Positions 47,401 through 59,287 of a stretch of 64,000 nt of DNA are shown in pieces. The position numbers and the translations under genes were made by a program. The DNA comes from Azolla caroliniana (lineage: Eukaryota; Plantae; Polypodiophyta): the NCBI GenBank assembly GCA_043228905.1, contig JBHGNT010000003.1, forward strand, positions 16,306,001 through 16,370,000, read 5' to 3'. Numbering within the stretch: position 1 is the stretch's first letter; the number at the start of each line of letters is the position of its first letter. The notes under the pieces are model-generated. The model was not told the DNA's origin. It was given only the letters and a program-made list of their open reading frames with translations, and made no database searches.

Positions 47401-47861
47401 CGTGAGAAAACGAGATGAGTCGAGAAGAGCTTCTAGCCACAAGGATAAGGCAACTTGAGAGAAGACCCGAAAACTTGGAGTTAGCAAAGGAGAGGTTAGA
47501 AGCGGCTAGGCTAAGTCACAAAGCCCGATTCGACAAGACACACCTACTACGCCCTCGGAAGATCGAAGAAAGAGACTGGGTGATTGTATATGATAGTAGT
47601 CTCGACAATCAACATAGGTCGATGTGGAAATTCGCAAAGCGATGGTTCGGGCCGTACATGGTAACGAGTGCAAACGGTAATGCTACCTACCACCTCGCTG
47701 AACTCGATGGGACTAAGCTGGCAGTACCAATAGCCGGGAAGCGGGTCAAAATCTTCAAAAAGCGACACGACAAGGAGCCAAACCTCGATGACCTTGACGA
47801 AGACAAAGGCGAGCAAAGAACAAGCCATGGGGTCAATGAGGAGGAGGAAATGAACTATTGA
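44361..47861 (+). pseudogene. pol: B2 ORF2: RT, RNase H, integrase with in-frame stops
   Basis: Same motifs as B1; stops at ~45810, 46296 and 47403. Confidence 0.92.
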
Positions 47862-48772
47862 CCACCCTCAACCCGCCATTCTTGGCACATACCGGAGGAT
47901 GTGCGGTTTGGTGGGGGTGGATGTCGTGATGTGGCGTGCTCGAGGGTGGGAAAAACCGGCAAAAAGGGGGTAAAAAATGTGCATGTGCAATGTGTGTGCA
48001 CACAAAAGCGATTAATTGTGCATATGCAAAATAAAAAGGAAACGAAAGGGTAAAAGGGAGGTATAGAAGCTCGTGCAAAAAGTAAGAGAGAGGTGAGATA
48101 AAGGGTAGAGGGGAGACATGCTATAAATTTATAGAGATAGACTTACACATTATATAAGAAAGAGTTAGTGGGTTAGTGAATAGTCACATTGACTACTAGC
48201 TAGAGGTGCACGGTTCGAATCTAGTCTTATAGTGTAGCGTGATTTAAGGAATTTTATTCCTTTTTCATTGAAGACAAATTTGGTGACCCCCCCTTCTTTT
48301 TTTCCTATAAAAGGAGGTCGAGGGGGGGCTCATTGGGAGGGACGTTTTGGGAGGAGGAGACTATCGCCAATTTTCCTTCGAAGCTCTTCATCTCCTTATT
48401 CACCGCTTTTCTTCATCTCATACCCCTTCATCCTCCTATCCCCAGGTGCTCGTGAGCCCAAGCTTCGTTGGCTCGACGTTGCTCCGCCCCGTTCGTCGTT
48501 GCGAGCCCGTGTGCTTGCCGTTCGGGTGGTCGTGGTTCGTTGGGATTGGCATTTTGGTGGTGCTCGTGTGTTAGTTTTCGTTGTGTTCGGTTTTTCCTTG
48601 TCTCTAAGGGTATTTAATATTTATGTTTTGATTGAGCTTGTGGTTAACTATAAGTTGCCATTGTAAAAAAAAAAACCCTATTTTATAAAGGGTCCTCTTG
48701 CATTAGAATCAAACACGTATTTAACTCTTTGGTCAATATTGTTCGTGTTTCTTTCTCTCCTTCTTTCTTTAT

Positions 48773-49390
48773 TCGTGTCTTTCTTGTACGTTCGGCCGTC
48801 TTGTGACGAGGGGACCGTTCGGGCTTGCCCATGCACCTCTCCTCCTCATAAAGGCGTACGAGCATTTGTATGTGTGTTTGTGTCTTCCTTGTACGTTCGG
48901 CCGTCTTGTGACGAGGGGACCGTTCGGGCTTGCCCATGCACCTCTCCTCCTCATAAAGGCGTACGAGCCTTTGGTGTGTGTGTTTGTGTCCTCCTTGTAT
49001 GTTCGACCGTCTTGTGACGAGGGGACTGTTTGGGCTTGCCCATGCACCTCTCCTCCTCATAAAGGCGTACGAGCATTTGTGCGTGTGTTTGTGTCTTCCT
49101 TGTATGTTCGGTCGTCTTGTGATGAGGGGACCGTTCGGGCTTGCCCATGCACCTGTCCTCCTCATAAAGACGTACAAGCATTTGTGTGTGTGTTTGTGTC
49201 TTCCTTGTACGTTCGACCGTCTTGTGATGAGGGGACCGTTCGGGCTTGCCCATGCACCTCTCCTCCTCATAAAGGCATACGAGCATTTTGTGCGTGTGTT
49301 TTGTGTCTTCCTCGTACGTTCGACGTCTTGTCACGAGGGAGCATTCAGGTGCGCCCATGCACCTCTCCTCCTCATAAAGCCGTACGGACA
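48773..49390 (+). repeat. ~105-bp tandem array in the B2 3' LTR
   Basis: Same array as 41262-41880. Confidence 0.95.
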
Positions 49391-51214
49391 TTCGTGTTTG
49401 TGTTATCGTCCCCTTGTGCATTCATGTTGCGTGCTCATCTTGCTTGTACTCGTTTGGTCACTTGGCTCGTACGGTGATCTCGGAAGGTCGACGAGTCGTG
49501 ATCAACGAGAGCCACCGGCCTCACAAAACAAAAGGGGAACGAGACCTTGCTCGGGAAGCGGTGGGGAAGCAGTATTGTCATAAAGCAAACCTCGGCTCTT
49601 CTCTATCCCTTGAGTACTCCCTAGTCCGAGACCCTCGTGGTCCCGCCCAAGTAACACACGCGCGCGAAACTTCGCGACAACGACCTCCCAATGGTTCCGT
49701 CCTGGGTTTGACATGTACTGGCTGACCACTCCTACGGCATAGGCTAGGTCGGGTCAGGTCGCCACTATTGCGTACATGATACTTCCTACCGCCGGCGTAG
49801 GGAGTCTTTCAATTAACCTCTCTCTCCTTAGCACCTTTTGGATATAGTCGGACTGGGAGAGTCGGAGAGTCTTGGTCGTCCGATTTCGCTCGATCCTCGA
49901 CGGGCTTGTCCAAGTTCCTTCATCGCGAACTTGTCGTGAAGGCTCCACTTCAGCTTTCCGATCTCTGCTTGATTGCTTCCTACAATCAGCATATCATCAA
50001 CATAGAGGATCAAGTAAATCCTAGACTCATTGACCAATTGCCGAATATACATGCATGGGCTGGAGTCGGATCGGTGGTATCCAAGTTGCTTGATGTAGGA
50101 CACATCCTCGACGCTTGTTTCAAGTCATATAGACTTTTCCTTAACTGACATACGAGGTGACTGTCCTCCCCCGTCGCCATGAAGCCTGCCGGTTGAGACA
50201 TGTAGATGTCTTCTTCTAGATCTACATGTAGGAATGTTGTCTTTACATTCATCTCCTCTAGCTCTACGTCTTTTGTTGTCACAACTCCTAGTAAGAGTCG
50301 GAGGGTGTTCATCTTGACTATTGGTGAGAATATCTCGCCTTAGTCGACCCCGTATTCTTGTTTGAATCCCTTCGTGACGAGCCGAGCTTTGTACTTTGGT
50401 TTTTCTAAGTCGGATGCATATTTGTGTCGAAAAACCCATTTGCAAGGTAGCGGCTTCCTTCTAGCTAGTAGTTCAACCAACTCCCATGTCTGATTCTTGT
50501 GAATCGAGTCCATTTCGGATCTCATGGCTTGCATCCATGTATCGGTGTCCGTTGTGGCGATGGCTTCTTCATAAGTGTTTGGTTCGCTTGCATCAGTGTA
50601 GTTGACATAGTCGAGGCCCGATTGAAAAAACTCAGTTTGCCTTCGATCTCGTCCATATCTCCTGGGTGCCGAGATAAGTGGTTTAGAGTCTTCGATCGAC
50701 TCAGTTGGGCGATCGATATTTGTTGAACCATTTGTGTCAAGAGTCTTATTAAGTGACCTGCCCCCAAGTTGGGATTTCGGTGGTGTCACGTTGTCTTCCC
50801 CTATGGACTTTGTCGATTCGGTTTTGTTTCCTACTCGCATCTTGTTGACTTTGCCTCCTTCGACTCTTCTCGAATTGGCTCTGTCCTTGATGGCTTTGAC
50901 GACTAGTGAACTTCCTACCGATTCGGATTTGGTAGGTATGTTGTCTGATTCGGCTTGATGGGTCGGTTCTTCTATGAAAACTCGGTCGTCTTCAAGGGAT
51001 ACCTTCTTACCAACTGTTCTCTGCTAGTTCCGTTGAGAGAGGATAGAGTCTTCATTGAAGACTACATCACTGCTCTGGATCAGTTTCCGATTCTCAGGAT
51101 CCCATAGCCTATAGCCGAATTCCCCATCAGTTCCATAACCGAGAAATATGCATTTTGTTGCATGGGGTTGTTTGGTCCTTCATCACCTTTGTAGACGAAG
51201 TCACCTCTTGAACC

Positions 51215-53685
51215 TTCCTCCGTTTCTCCTTCGGCACATGCACACACGCGATGCTACGGAAAACCCAAAAGTGTGCCAAATTCGGCTTGTTGCCGAAGTA
51301 CAACTCATGTGGCAACACTCCTCCATTGGCATAAGTCCGATTCTGCAAGTAAACAGCCGTCCTTATGGCTTCAGCCCAATAGAACTTCGGCAAATGCTTC
51401 TGTAGATAACTTGCGAACTGGTCGGATAAGTACTCCTTTGCGCCATCGGACCGTAGGCACTTGATCTTACGCCTAATTTCCTTTTCCGCAAGGCTCTTTA
51501 TCCTTTAGGAAACACGCAAAGACTTCACTCCTTTTTGCGATCAAGCACGCCCAAGTGTGCTGAGAGAAGTCATCGATGAAAGTCACAAAATATCGGCTTC
51601 CACCAAGACTCACGTTCTGTGTTGGTTCCCATACATCAGAATGGATCACATTGAGCGTATTTTGACTCCAATTACGCTTATTGGGGAATGGAAGTCGGTG
51701 ATGCTTTCCCAATTGGCAGGCTTCGCAGACTTGGCCCTTTCGGCCAGTGAATTTTGGCAAGCCGAAAACAATATTTTTTGTCTGCATTTCTCGAAGCTTC
51801 AGGAAGTTGATGTGACCGAAACGCTTGTGCCATAGGTCGATATCTGATTCGACGTTTTGTCCTTTCGCGAACATAGCGGTGCCTACCTCATTGGTCTCGA
51901 GGATAAACATCCTCCCTTCACGGTGCCCTTTCATGATTATCTTGCCTTCCTCTTCTATGAAGCACCCAAGATGCATGGTCAACGATCTGGACTACCGACA
52001 TCAGGTTCTTGGTTATTGTCGGGATGTGTAGCACGTTCATGAGCTTCCTTTTTTGTCGAATGTGACTAAGGGGAAATTCACCGACATGTTCAATGGTATG
52101 CGGAGTATCGTCTCCAATTTCAACCACTCCTTGCTTTTTAGGTTTCTCCAAGTACGAGAACCTTTCCTCGTGATTCGTCATATGATTTGACGCTCCGGAG
52201 TCAACATACCACACCTCTTCTTCTCTAGAGGTGTTCACGGCCATCGAATTAGCCTTGTGCTTCATTACGAAGGCTGGGCCCGATCCATTTCTAGCTCATT
52301 CGGAGCCTTCCACGTAGTGCGACCTTTGACACCTCTCTACGTCTCTTCGGCTCGATCTAGCTTTGTAGGAATCAGCTTGTTTCTTCTAGCACTCGCTCTG
52401 CCTGTGGCCTTTCTTGCCACAGTACCAACAATCCATCCCAGCCTTCTCTTACCGGTTTCCAGTGCTGCCATGACTCCCCCTGTTTCCGGCATTTTGATTA
52501 TGCCGCACGTTCGGTTCTTTTCGGCCGCCTCCATTGTGGGCCGATCCGCTATGTCCGCCACGACCATGGGGCCTATCTTCCTCCGTGTACAACATTTTGC
52601 GGTCGGCATGCGTACTCGTCGACACACCCGCATGATTTTCCTCTATGAGCAACATCGATTGAAGCTCGAAGAATGATGGCGTATTGTCCCTTGTGTACAG
52701 ACCGCCAATTCAGAAAGCTCTAAACTTGGATGCTAGCCCTCCAAGGCACACCTACACCATTTCATCTTCCTTGACATTCATGTTGACGAACGCGAGAGAA
52801 TCGTAGATTTCCTTGATTTGGGCCATGTAATCGGCCACAAATAGATCTTTCTATTAGACATTGTTGAGCTCCTGTCTGAGCTGTAGCTTCCTAGCCGTTG
52901 TGCTCGTGGCGAAAATCCTCTTGAGATTCGCCCACGTGCCCTTTGGCGTTTTGGCATCCCGAATATAGCTCAAGAGCTGGTCACTCACATAGGACGCAAG
53001 GTAGTATAGAACTCTACTTGCCGCCTGTTCCCAGGTAGGAAGTCTCTGTGTGTCAATTCGGGTGTTGTGTCATTAGCTCCATCAACATAACTACAATAGT
53101 CGTGCCCAAGTAGGTACTTGTGCATCTTGTATGGCCAAGATGAATAATTGCTTTTGTCCAGCTTCTCTGTAGGAAGCAAGCTAGCCATCCCTCTAGCCAT
53201 TCTTATTTCACTTTAGTTCTTCACGGCTATGTTTGTCTGTTTGTCGGCCGCCGAGGATTTCAACCCTCGCGCTCTGATACCATGTAAAAGAATAGCGTGT
53301 GTGGAAGTGTAATAGACACAACCTGTAACATAGATGACGAAGAGAAGGTTTAATGTTAAGCTTTAAACACGATACAACGTATGCAGGAGAGAGAGAGAGT
53401 GAGCAGAACACACAGAAGTTAGATTCAAAAATAACTCTCAACCACTCTATACAAGATGTGCTCAATCATCTCTTTTTATACAAGTCCTTATGGACAGAAA
53501 AAAGTACTGTCAGAGTACTAACACATACTTCAATGCTCATTAGTGAGCCTCCTACACTAACTCCCAAAATTATTCCTTACGAGGAATAATGCTCCCAAAA
53601 TTTGTGCGTACGGTTTTATGCACCCAGTCTACACACTGGGTTACGCACCTGCTTACACACCCAATGTTGAGCTTGTATCTCAACC
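51215..53685 (-). mobile_element. Copia E (related to A): 5' LTR 53283-53685, PBS, gag-PR-INT, 3' part deleted; nested in C
   Basis: PBS TGGTATCAGAGC at 53282-53271; MASLLPTEKLDKSNY, WYVDSGASNHMT and LWHKRFGH. Confidence 0.88.
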
Positions 53686-55849
53686 ACCTCCTAGTGATCG
53701 CTCTAGCATGGACCCACATATATCTGTGTGCACGAGCTCTGGGGGCTGTCATACCATCTCGTAGTGGAGAGAGTGTGGACTTCGGGTTTGTTTCCCATAT
53801 CTACAATGCTCACAGATGTCCTTCTTTGCTTGGAATTTCGGGATGTAGCCTACCGCCATCGCCCGATCAAGTCCCGATTGAGACATGTGACAGAGTCGGC
53901 TATGCCATAAGTTTGGTTCAGTCTTTTCAGCTACGTTCAAGGCCCCTTTCTGAATTGATCGCCATTAATGGGTACAAGTTGTTGTACTTGTGCCTGCCTC
54001 CTATCTTCAGGTTTCCTCGATTGATCATCCATACCGACTCACTTAGAGTCGTTTTGTACTTGTCTTTGGCTAGCATATCAATGGAGACCAGACTCCTTTT
54101 CAGATTAGGTACATGCCGAACTCGGTGCAGGGTTAGTGTGTTTCCATTTGGCAATCGGATGGGAACCTCTCCAGTCCCTGCAATTCTACACTCTTGCCCA
54201 TTATCTAGAAGAACTGTGACGATGGCGTCGTCTGAATAGTCCGAAAACCATTCAATTTTCGGGGTCACATAGAATGTGGCACCGGAATCCAGTAGCCATA
54301 TGTGTGCATCTTGTGCACTGTAGAGGACTGCTCCGATCACTAAATCCTCTAAGGAGAGAATTTGTCCTTATCGGGAGTCGGCAACATTGATTTGGTTGCT
54401 GACTGGAGCGTGGTCCGAGTCGGGTCTTCCTTGATTCCGTTCGGATCACTAACCACTCTCTTTCCTCTTGATTGACCAGTAGTCGGAAACATTGTGGCCA
54501 ACCTTTCTACAGTGTGTGCAGAATTCACCTGATCGGCCCGTTCTCGACTTCGATCGTTATTGGTCTTCCCTCGTTTTTGATCGTTTGGTATTCCGACTGT
54601 TTCTGTCGGTTTATTCTCTCGTACTACTTTGTCAGTCGAATGACTCAATCGAGTGATGGGCTTTTGTTGTCTGTTGTCGCAGAGTAGCAGATCGCTCTAA
54701 TACTAGTTGAAGCGGAAGTGTATGCGGGAACGTATGAGGATCTGCCTTAGTTCGTACTTAGAAAACAATACAGAAAGAGAAGCAAAGATATACACAATTT
54801 GAAGCTTTAATGGAAGCTCTATTATGTTCTCTGTCTCTCTCTCAGAGACTGGATATCCGATACATGATCAAGAAGATTGTTCTTTACAACGTTAGGTTAT
54901 TGCTTATATACTAAGCCCTTACTATGTGGACGAGTTCACACTTGAATACAAAGTGGAGGGAGTCGGCCTTTTATGCCTACAGTTAGCATATCCGACCCAT
55001 TGTCCTCCGTGTGGATCTTCATCAGAGTGAAATCTTGGTCTTCTACCTTCTCCCGAAACCAGTGATATCTCCTCTGGATGTGCTTGGTCCAAGAATAGTA
55101 GGCTGCGTTCTTTGCAATGTGGATGGCACTTTGACTGTCGTGGTAGAGCCAGAATTCCTCTTGCTTGATCCCTAACTCTCCGATGAAGTCCTTCATCCAT
55201 ATTACTTCCTTGCCGGCTTCTACAACCGCCATGTATTACACTTCCGTAGTTGACAATGCCACTGATTTCTACAGTCTTGATTGCCATGATATCGCTCCCC
55301 CTACATATGTCATGATGTATCCGTACGTGGACTTGCTGGTATCTACATCAGGCGACATGTTCAAATTTGTAAAGCCTTCCAATAGTGGTTTACCAAATCT
55401 GAACCGGAGGAACATGTTGAAGGTGCCTTTTAGGTACCGAACGATCCACTTGACCGCGGCCATATGTTCACTTCCCGTATTGCTCATAAACCGGTTAACC
55501 ACTCCGACTGCATATTCGATATCTGTCCGTGTACACATCATTGCATACATGAGGCTTCCGACTGCGGATGCATACAATATCTTCATCATTTCCGACTTCT
55601 CCGCCTTTTTCTTTGGGCTCTGTTTTCCGAATAGCTTGCAATTTGCTAGAAGTGTCAACCCGACCAGCTTGGCATCCGACATGCTGAACCTTTGAAGTAC
55701 CTTTGTCACGTACTTCTCCTGTGACAGCCGACTCTTTCTTCGAACGGTCCCGAATTATATGCATTCCTAGGATCCGCCTCGCAAGGCCCAGATCCTTCAC
55801 TGATAAGGTTCGGTTCAAGGCCTTCTTTAGAATCCTGATTTTGATTCTG

Positions 55850-56351
55850 TCCAACTTCTTTGTACGAAGCGAGCTAGCCATCCCTCTATCCATTCTTATT
55901 TCTCTTCAGTTCTTGACAGATGTTTGTCTGTTTGTTGGCCACGGAGGATTTCAACCCTCGCGCTCTAATACCATGTAAAAGAATAGCGTGTGTGGAGGCG
56001 TAATAGACACAATCGTGTAACACAGATGACGAAGAGAAGGTTTAATGGAAAGCTTTGAACACGATACAACGTATGCAGGAGAGACGGAGAATGATAGAGG
56101 GAGAGTGAGCAGAACACACAAAACTTAGATTCAAAAATAACTCTCAATTACTCTATACAAGATGCGCTCAATCAACGCTTTTTATACAAGTCCTTATGGA
56201 CAAACAGAAGTACTATCAAAGTACTGACACATACTCCAATGCTCATTAGTGAGCCTCCTACACTAACTCCCAAAATCATTCCTTATGAGGAATAACGCTC
56301 TAACGGCCTCTCGGCTTACGCATTGTTACGGCCTTTGTGCGTACGGTTTTA
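55850..56351 (-). mobile_element. Second E-family fragment: partial LTR (55974-56351), PBS and gag start fused to the RT of D
   Basis: Very similar to 53160-53620; translation MASSLRTKKLDR|IKIRILKKALNR. Confidence 0.82.
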
Positions 56352-56718
56352 CTTGGTGCAGGACGAGAGGCCGTAGCGTTGCATAAACCGGGAGGCCCTT
56401 GGATAGATATTCCGCAAAGACTATATTTTGGAAGTTAGTGTAGAGGCTCATTGATGAGCATTGAAGTACGTGTCAGTACTTCTGTCAGTCCGTATGGACT
56501 TGTATAAAACTGCTCTCTAAGCACATCCTATGTATAGATTTTTAGAGTATTGTTTTGGTATAGAGTTTTCTGTGTTCTGCTCTCTCTGTCTCTCTCTGTC
56601 TCTCCCGCATACGATGTGTTGATCCAGCTTTCAATTAAACCTTTCTCATCTTCTTTGTCTTCTGTCTGTTGTTACCCGGTTGTGTCTTTTAAGCTTCCGC
56701 ACATATTCTTTTCCAACA
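56352..56718 (+). mobile_element. Truncated solo LTR, inverted paralogue of 946-1374
   Basis: Reverse complement of ~946-1295 at the same insertion site in D. Confidence 0.85.
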
Positions 56719-57608
56719 CATAGTGATTGGCCTGGTTCTTGTGGTATTCCATATTGGTCATGAAGGAGTTGAACTTCTAGTACCATTGCCGGGGAGCTTG
56801 CTTCAATCCGTATAAGCTCTTCTTCAACCGGCAAACTAGGTTCTCCTTCCCTTTCTTAACGAATTCCTCTGGTTGTTTCATGTAGATCTCTTCTTCGAGG
56901 TCACCGTGCAGGAACGTTGTCTTCACGTCTAGCTGCTTGACCTTGAGGTCCATGCTTGCCGCAATGCTCAACAGAGTCCGGATGGATGTCATCTTGACTA
57001 CCGAGGCAAAGATCTCGTGGAAATCCGTTGCCTTTTTTTGTTGAAAACCCTTCACCACAATGTGGGCTTTGTACCTCGATGGATTCCCGTCGTTTCCCCG
57101 TTTCAGCTTCTACACCCACTTGTTCCAGAGCGCTCTCTTTCCTTTCGACAGCTCCATCGATTCGTATGTATGGTTCTCATGCATGGAATCCATTTCATCT
57201 TGCATGGCACTCAACCAATTGCGGTTTTGGGTGTCCCTCATTGCTTTTTTAAGGCTTTCTGGGTCCCACTCATAAGGTCCACAATATTCGCTCTTCTTCC
57301 AAATATGTCTGACCCTGGTTTTCCATCACCGGTTCCTCCGTCTATTCTTCATTCGAATCCGATTCGGGGTCTTGACCAGTCCCGATGTCCGATTCTTCTT
57401 CTTCATTAGTCGGTTCGGTTTCTTGTCCGAATTCGCCCGGTTCTCCAAGTGTCATCCGGCTTCTAGCTAGATGGGTCCTTGCATCTTCCGATCGATCTGT
57501 GTCGGTCAACCTGGATTGAGAGTGCACATTGTGATTGTGAGAAATTAAATCAAGGATTGAGTCTAGTTGAAGATGTATATGGAAATTATAGTTAGAATGT
57601 GATAAAAG

Positions 57609-58269
57609 CATAGATTGACACATGCGTGATATTCGTGATATTCTCCATGCGCAGTATTCTCCATATTCGAGAATACAAAATGGCCCCAAGAATATTAAAA
57701 AACCATTCGTTTTGTAAAATAAATATAAAAAAATTATATATTTATTTAAATAAATGTATTTCACCAAAACAAACAATTATTCATTAATAGATTATAGTGT
57801 CAAGAGAGTTTATGAAACTTATTTTAATTATTTAATTAATTGTTTAAAAACGAATATTTTTAAATTTATTATACAAATATAGTTACTAATTAATATGAAC
57901 TTTGAAGATATGATTAGTTTGAAGTACTATTTTTAATTTTAAGATAAAAATATCCATAAATTTTTAGGAAATAAAAAGTGAGAAATTAATGAGCCTTTAT
58001 TTTATTTTATTTATTTATTAAAAATAAAACGAATACTTATAAGTTATACATTTATTATAAAAATTTAGAGTTGTCAAGTCCCCAAAGTCCCTCTTTTATT
58101 ATCCCTATTTATTGTTAAGTTCCTTTCTTTTTATCCTAGGAATTTTTTTAATTTTTTAATTCTTTTTTTTGGGGAGGGGGGTTTAAACGAATACTTGACT
58201 GCCCATTCGTATTCGTATTCGTTTGCATTCAAATGGGAAACCCGACGAATGCGAATATGTCAATCTATG
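57609..58269. mobile_element. hAT-type MITE (661 bp)
   Basis: TIR CATAGATTGACA...TGTCAATCTATG; 8-bp TSD GATAAAAG at 57601-57608 and 58270-58277; AT-rich interior with TATTCG/CGAATA subterminal repeats. Confidence 0.92.
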
Positions 58270-59287
58270 GATAAAAGTCAAAGCATTGTATTAAAGAATG
58301 ATCCTTGACTCCCAAACTTGTTTAGGGCAAATTGAACATTGTGAGTTTGAGAGAAATTCATTCTAGGAAGTGGTTTTGGTTGAAGATGAGTGGAGAACAC
58401 AGTGGAATGTGATCAAAGGTAAAGCATTATATGGTAGTGTGATACTCTTGAACTTGTTTAGGGCAAAGTCGACTACTCTCATCACATGTGCCCCAAAGCT
58501 CCCATCTTATGTCGTAGTAACTGTGAACTTACTTACTCACATGGAAGCAATGATTTAGATGGTAGACAATGGGATGGGCTCTAATATGTGTTGATGTGTG
58601 CAATTTTCCAATTCGATGAAGAATGTGTTTTATAGTTACGTGCAACATATGCAGTATAATGTCTGAAACGTTGTTGTGAAGTGTACATCACTTGTGCCGA
58701 ATAAGCACCGTGCCTCTATCTGCAAGTGGCAATGGAAGAGGCAAAAGATACTTCGTAATGGTTGTTTTTGCCGAGTTAAGTCTCGAACTTGTGAACTTTA
58801 AGATAGATTAAAATCTCATAGTACCTAATACAAAAGTATAGTATTTATTATACTTCGAGGGTGTTTATCATACTCGAAGATTGAGACATTCTCGAATGCA
58901 AATGCAAATGCACGTATGGTACCTAAGGTTCATACTATGGATTAAATAATTTCCTGCATGTATTCCACAATCCTTTCCATGGCCATGATTTCCAAGAAGG
59001 GATCTTGTGAAGTGATCTTGTCTCAAGATGAGGAAGTTCCATAGCCAAAAAGCTAAAACATGGGCCTCTTTTGCTCAAACCTATAGGCTACATATATGTT
59101 TAGAAGTGATAGTAAATATAGTTAATGGACTTGGGAATAATTTGAATGTAACCTAAAAAGGGTAAAATCCTATATCATTTAGTGGCCATTAATGAGCTAG
59201 ATTGCATGATCAAACATTATGTCATGCTCAACAATACTCTAAAGAATTCGTACAATTAACTGGAAGCAAAGCCCTTCTATAGTACAA

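Larger units (their letters stand above)
40411..49679 (+). mobile_element. Ty3/gypsy element B2 (tRNA-Trp PBS); 1758-bp LTRs at 40411-42168 and 47922-49679
   Basis: TGTCG...CGACA termini; PBS TGGTGAACCCGACGTGAA at 42174-42191; PPT GGTGGGGGTGGA; 4-bp TSD ACGG/ACGA. Confidence 0.96.
39347..54981 (-). mobile_element. Copia C (right copy); LTRs 39347-39634 and 54708-54981
   Basis: Paired ~280-bp LTRs; degenerate TSD GTCAA/GTTAG; decayed Met-PBS; PPT AGGGGGAG; PR, RT and RH fragments. Confidence 0.88.
38700..57512 (-). mobile_element. 5'-truncated Tork-like Copia D (right copy): 3' LTR ~38700-39256, RT/RNase H at 39270-39346 and 54982-57512; host of nested elements
   Basis: PPT GAAGGGGGAGA next to 39256; RNase H DMLT|KVL split by Copia C; left LTR boundary approximate. 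Confidence 0.8.
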
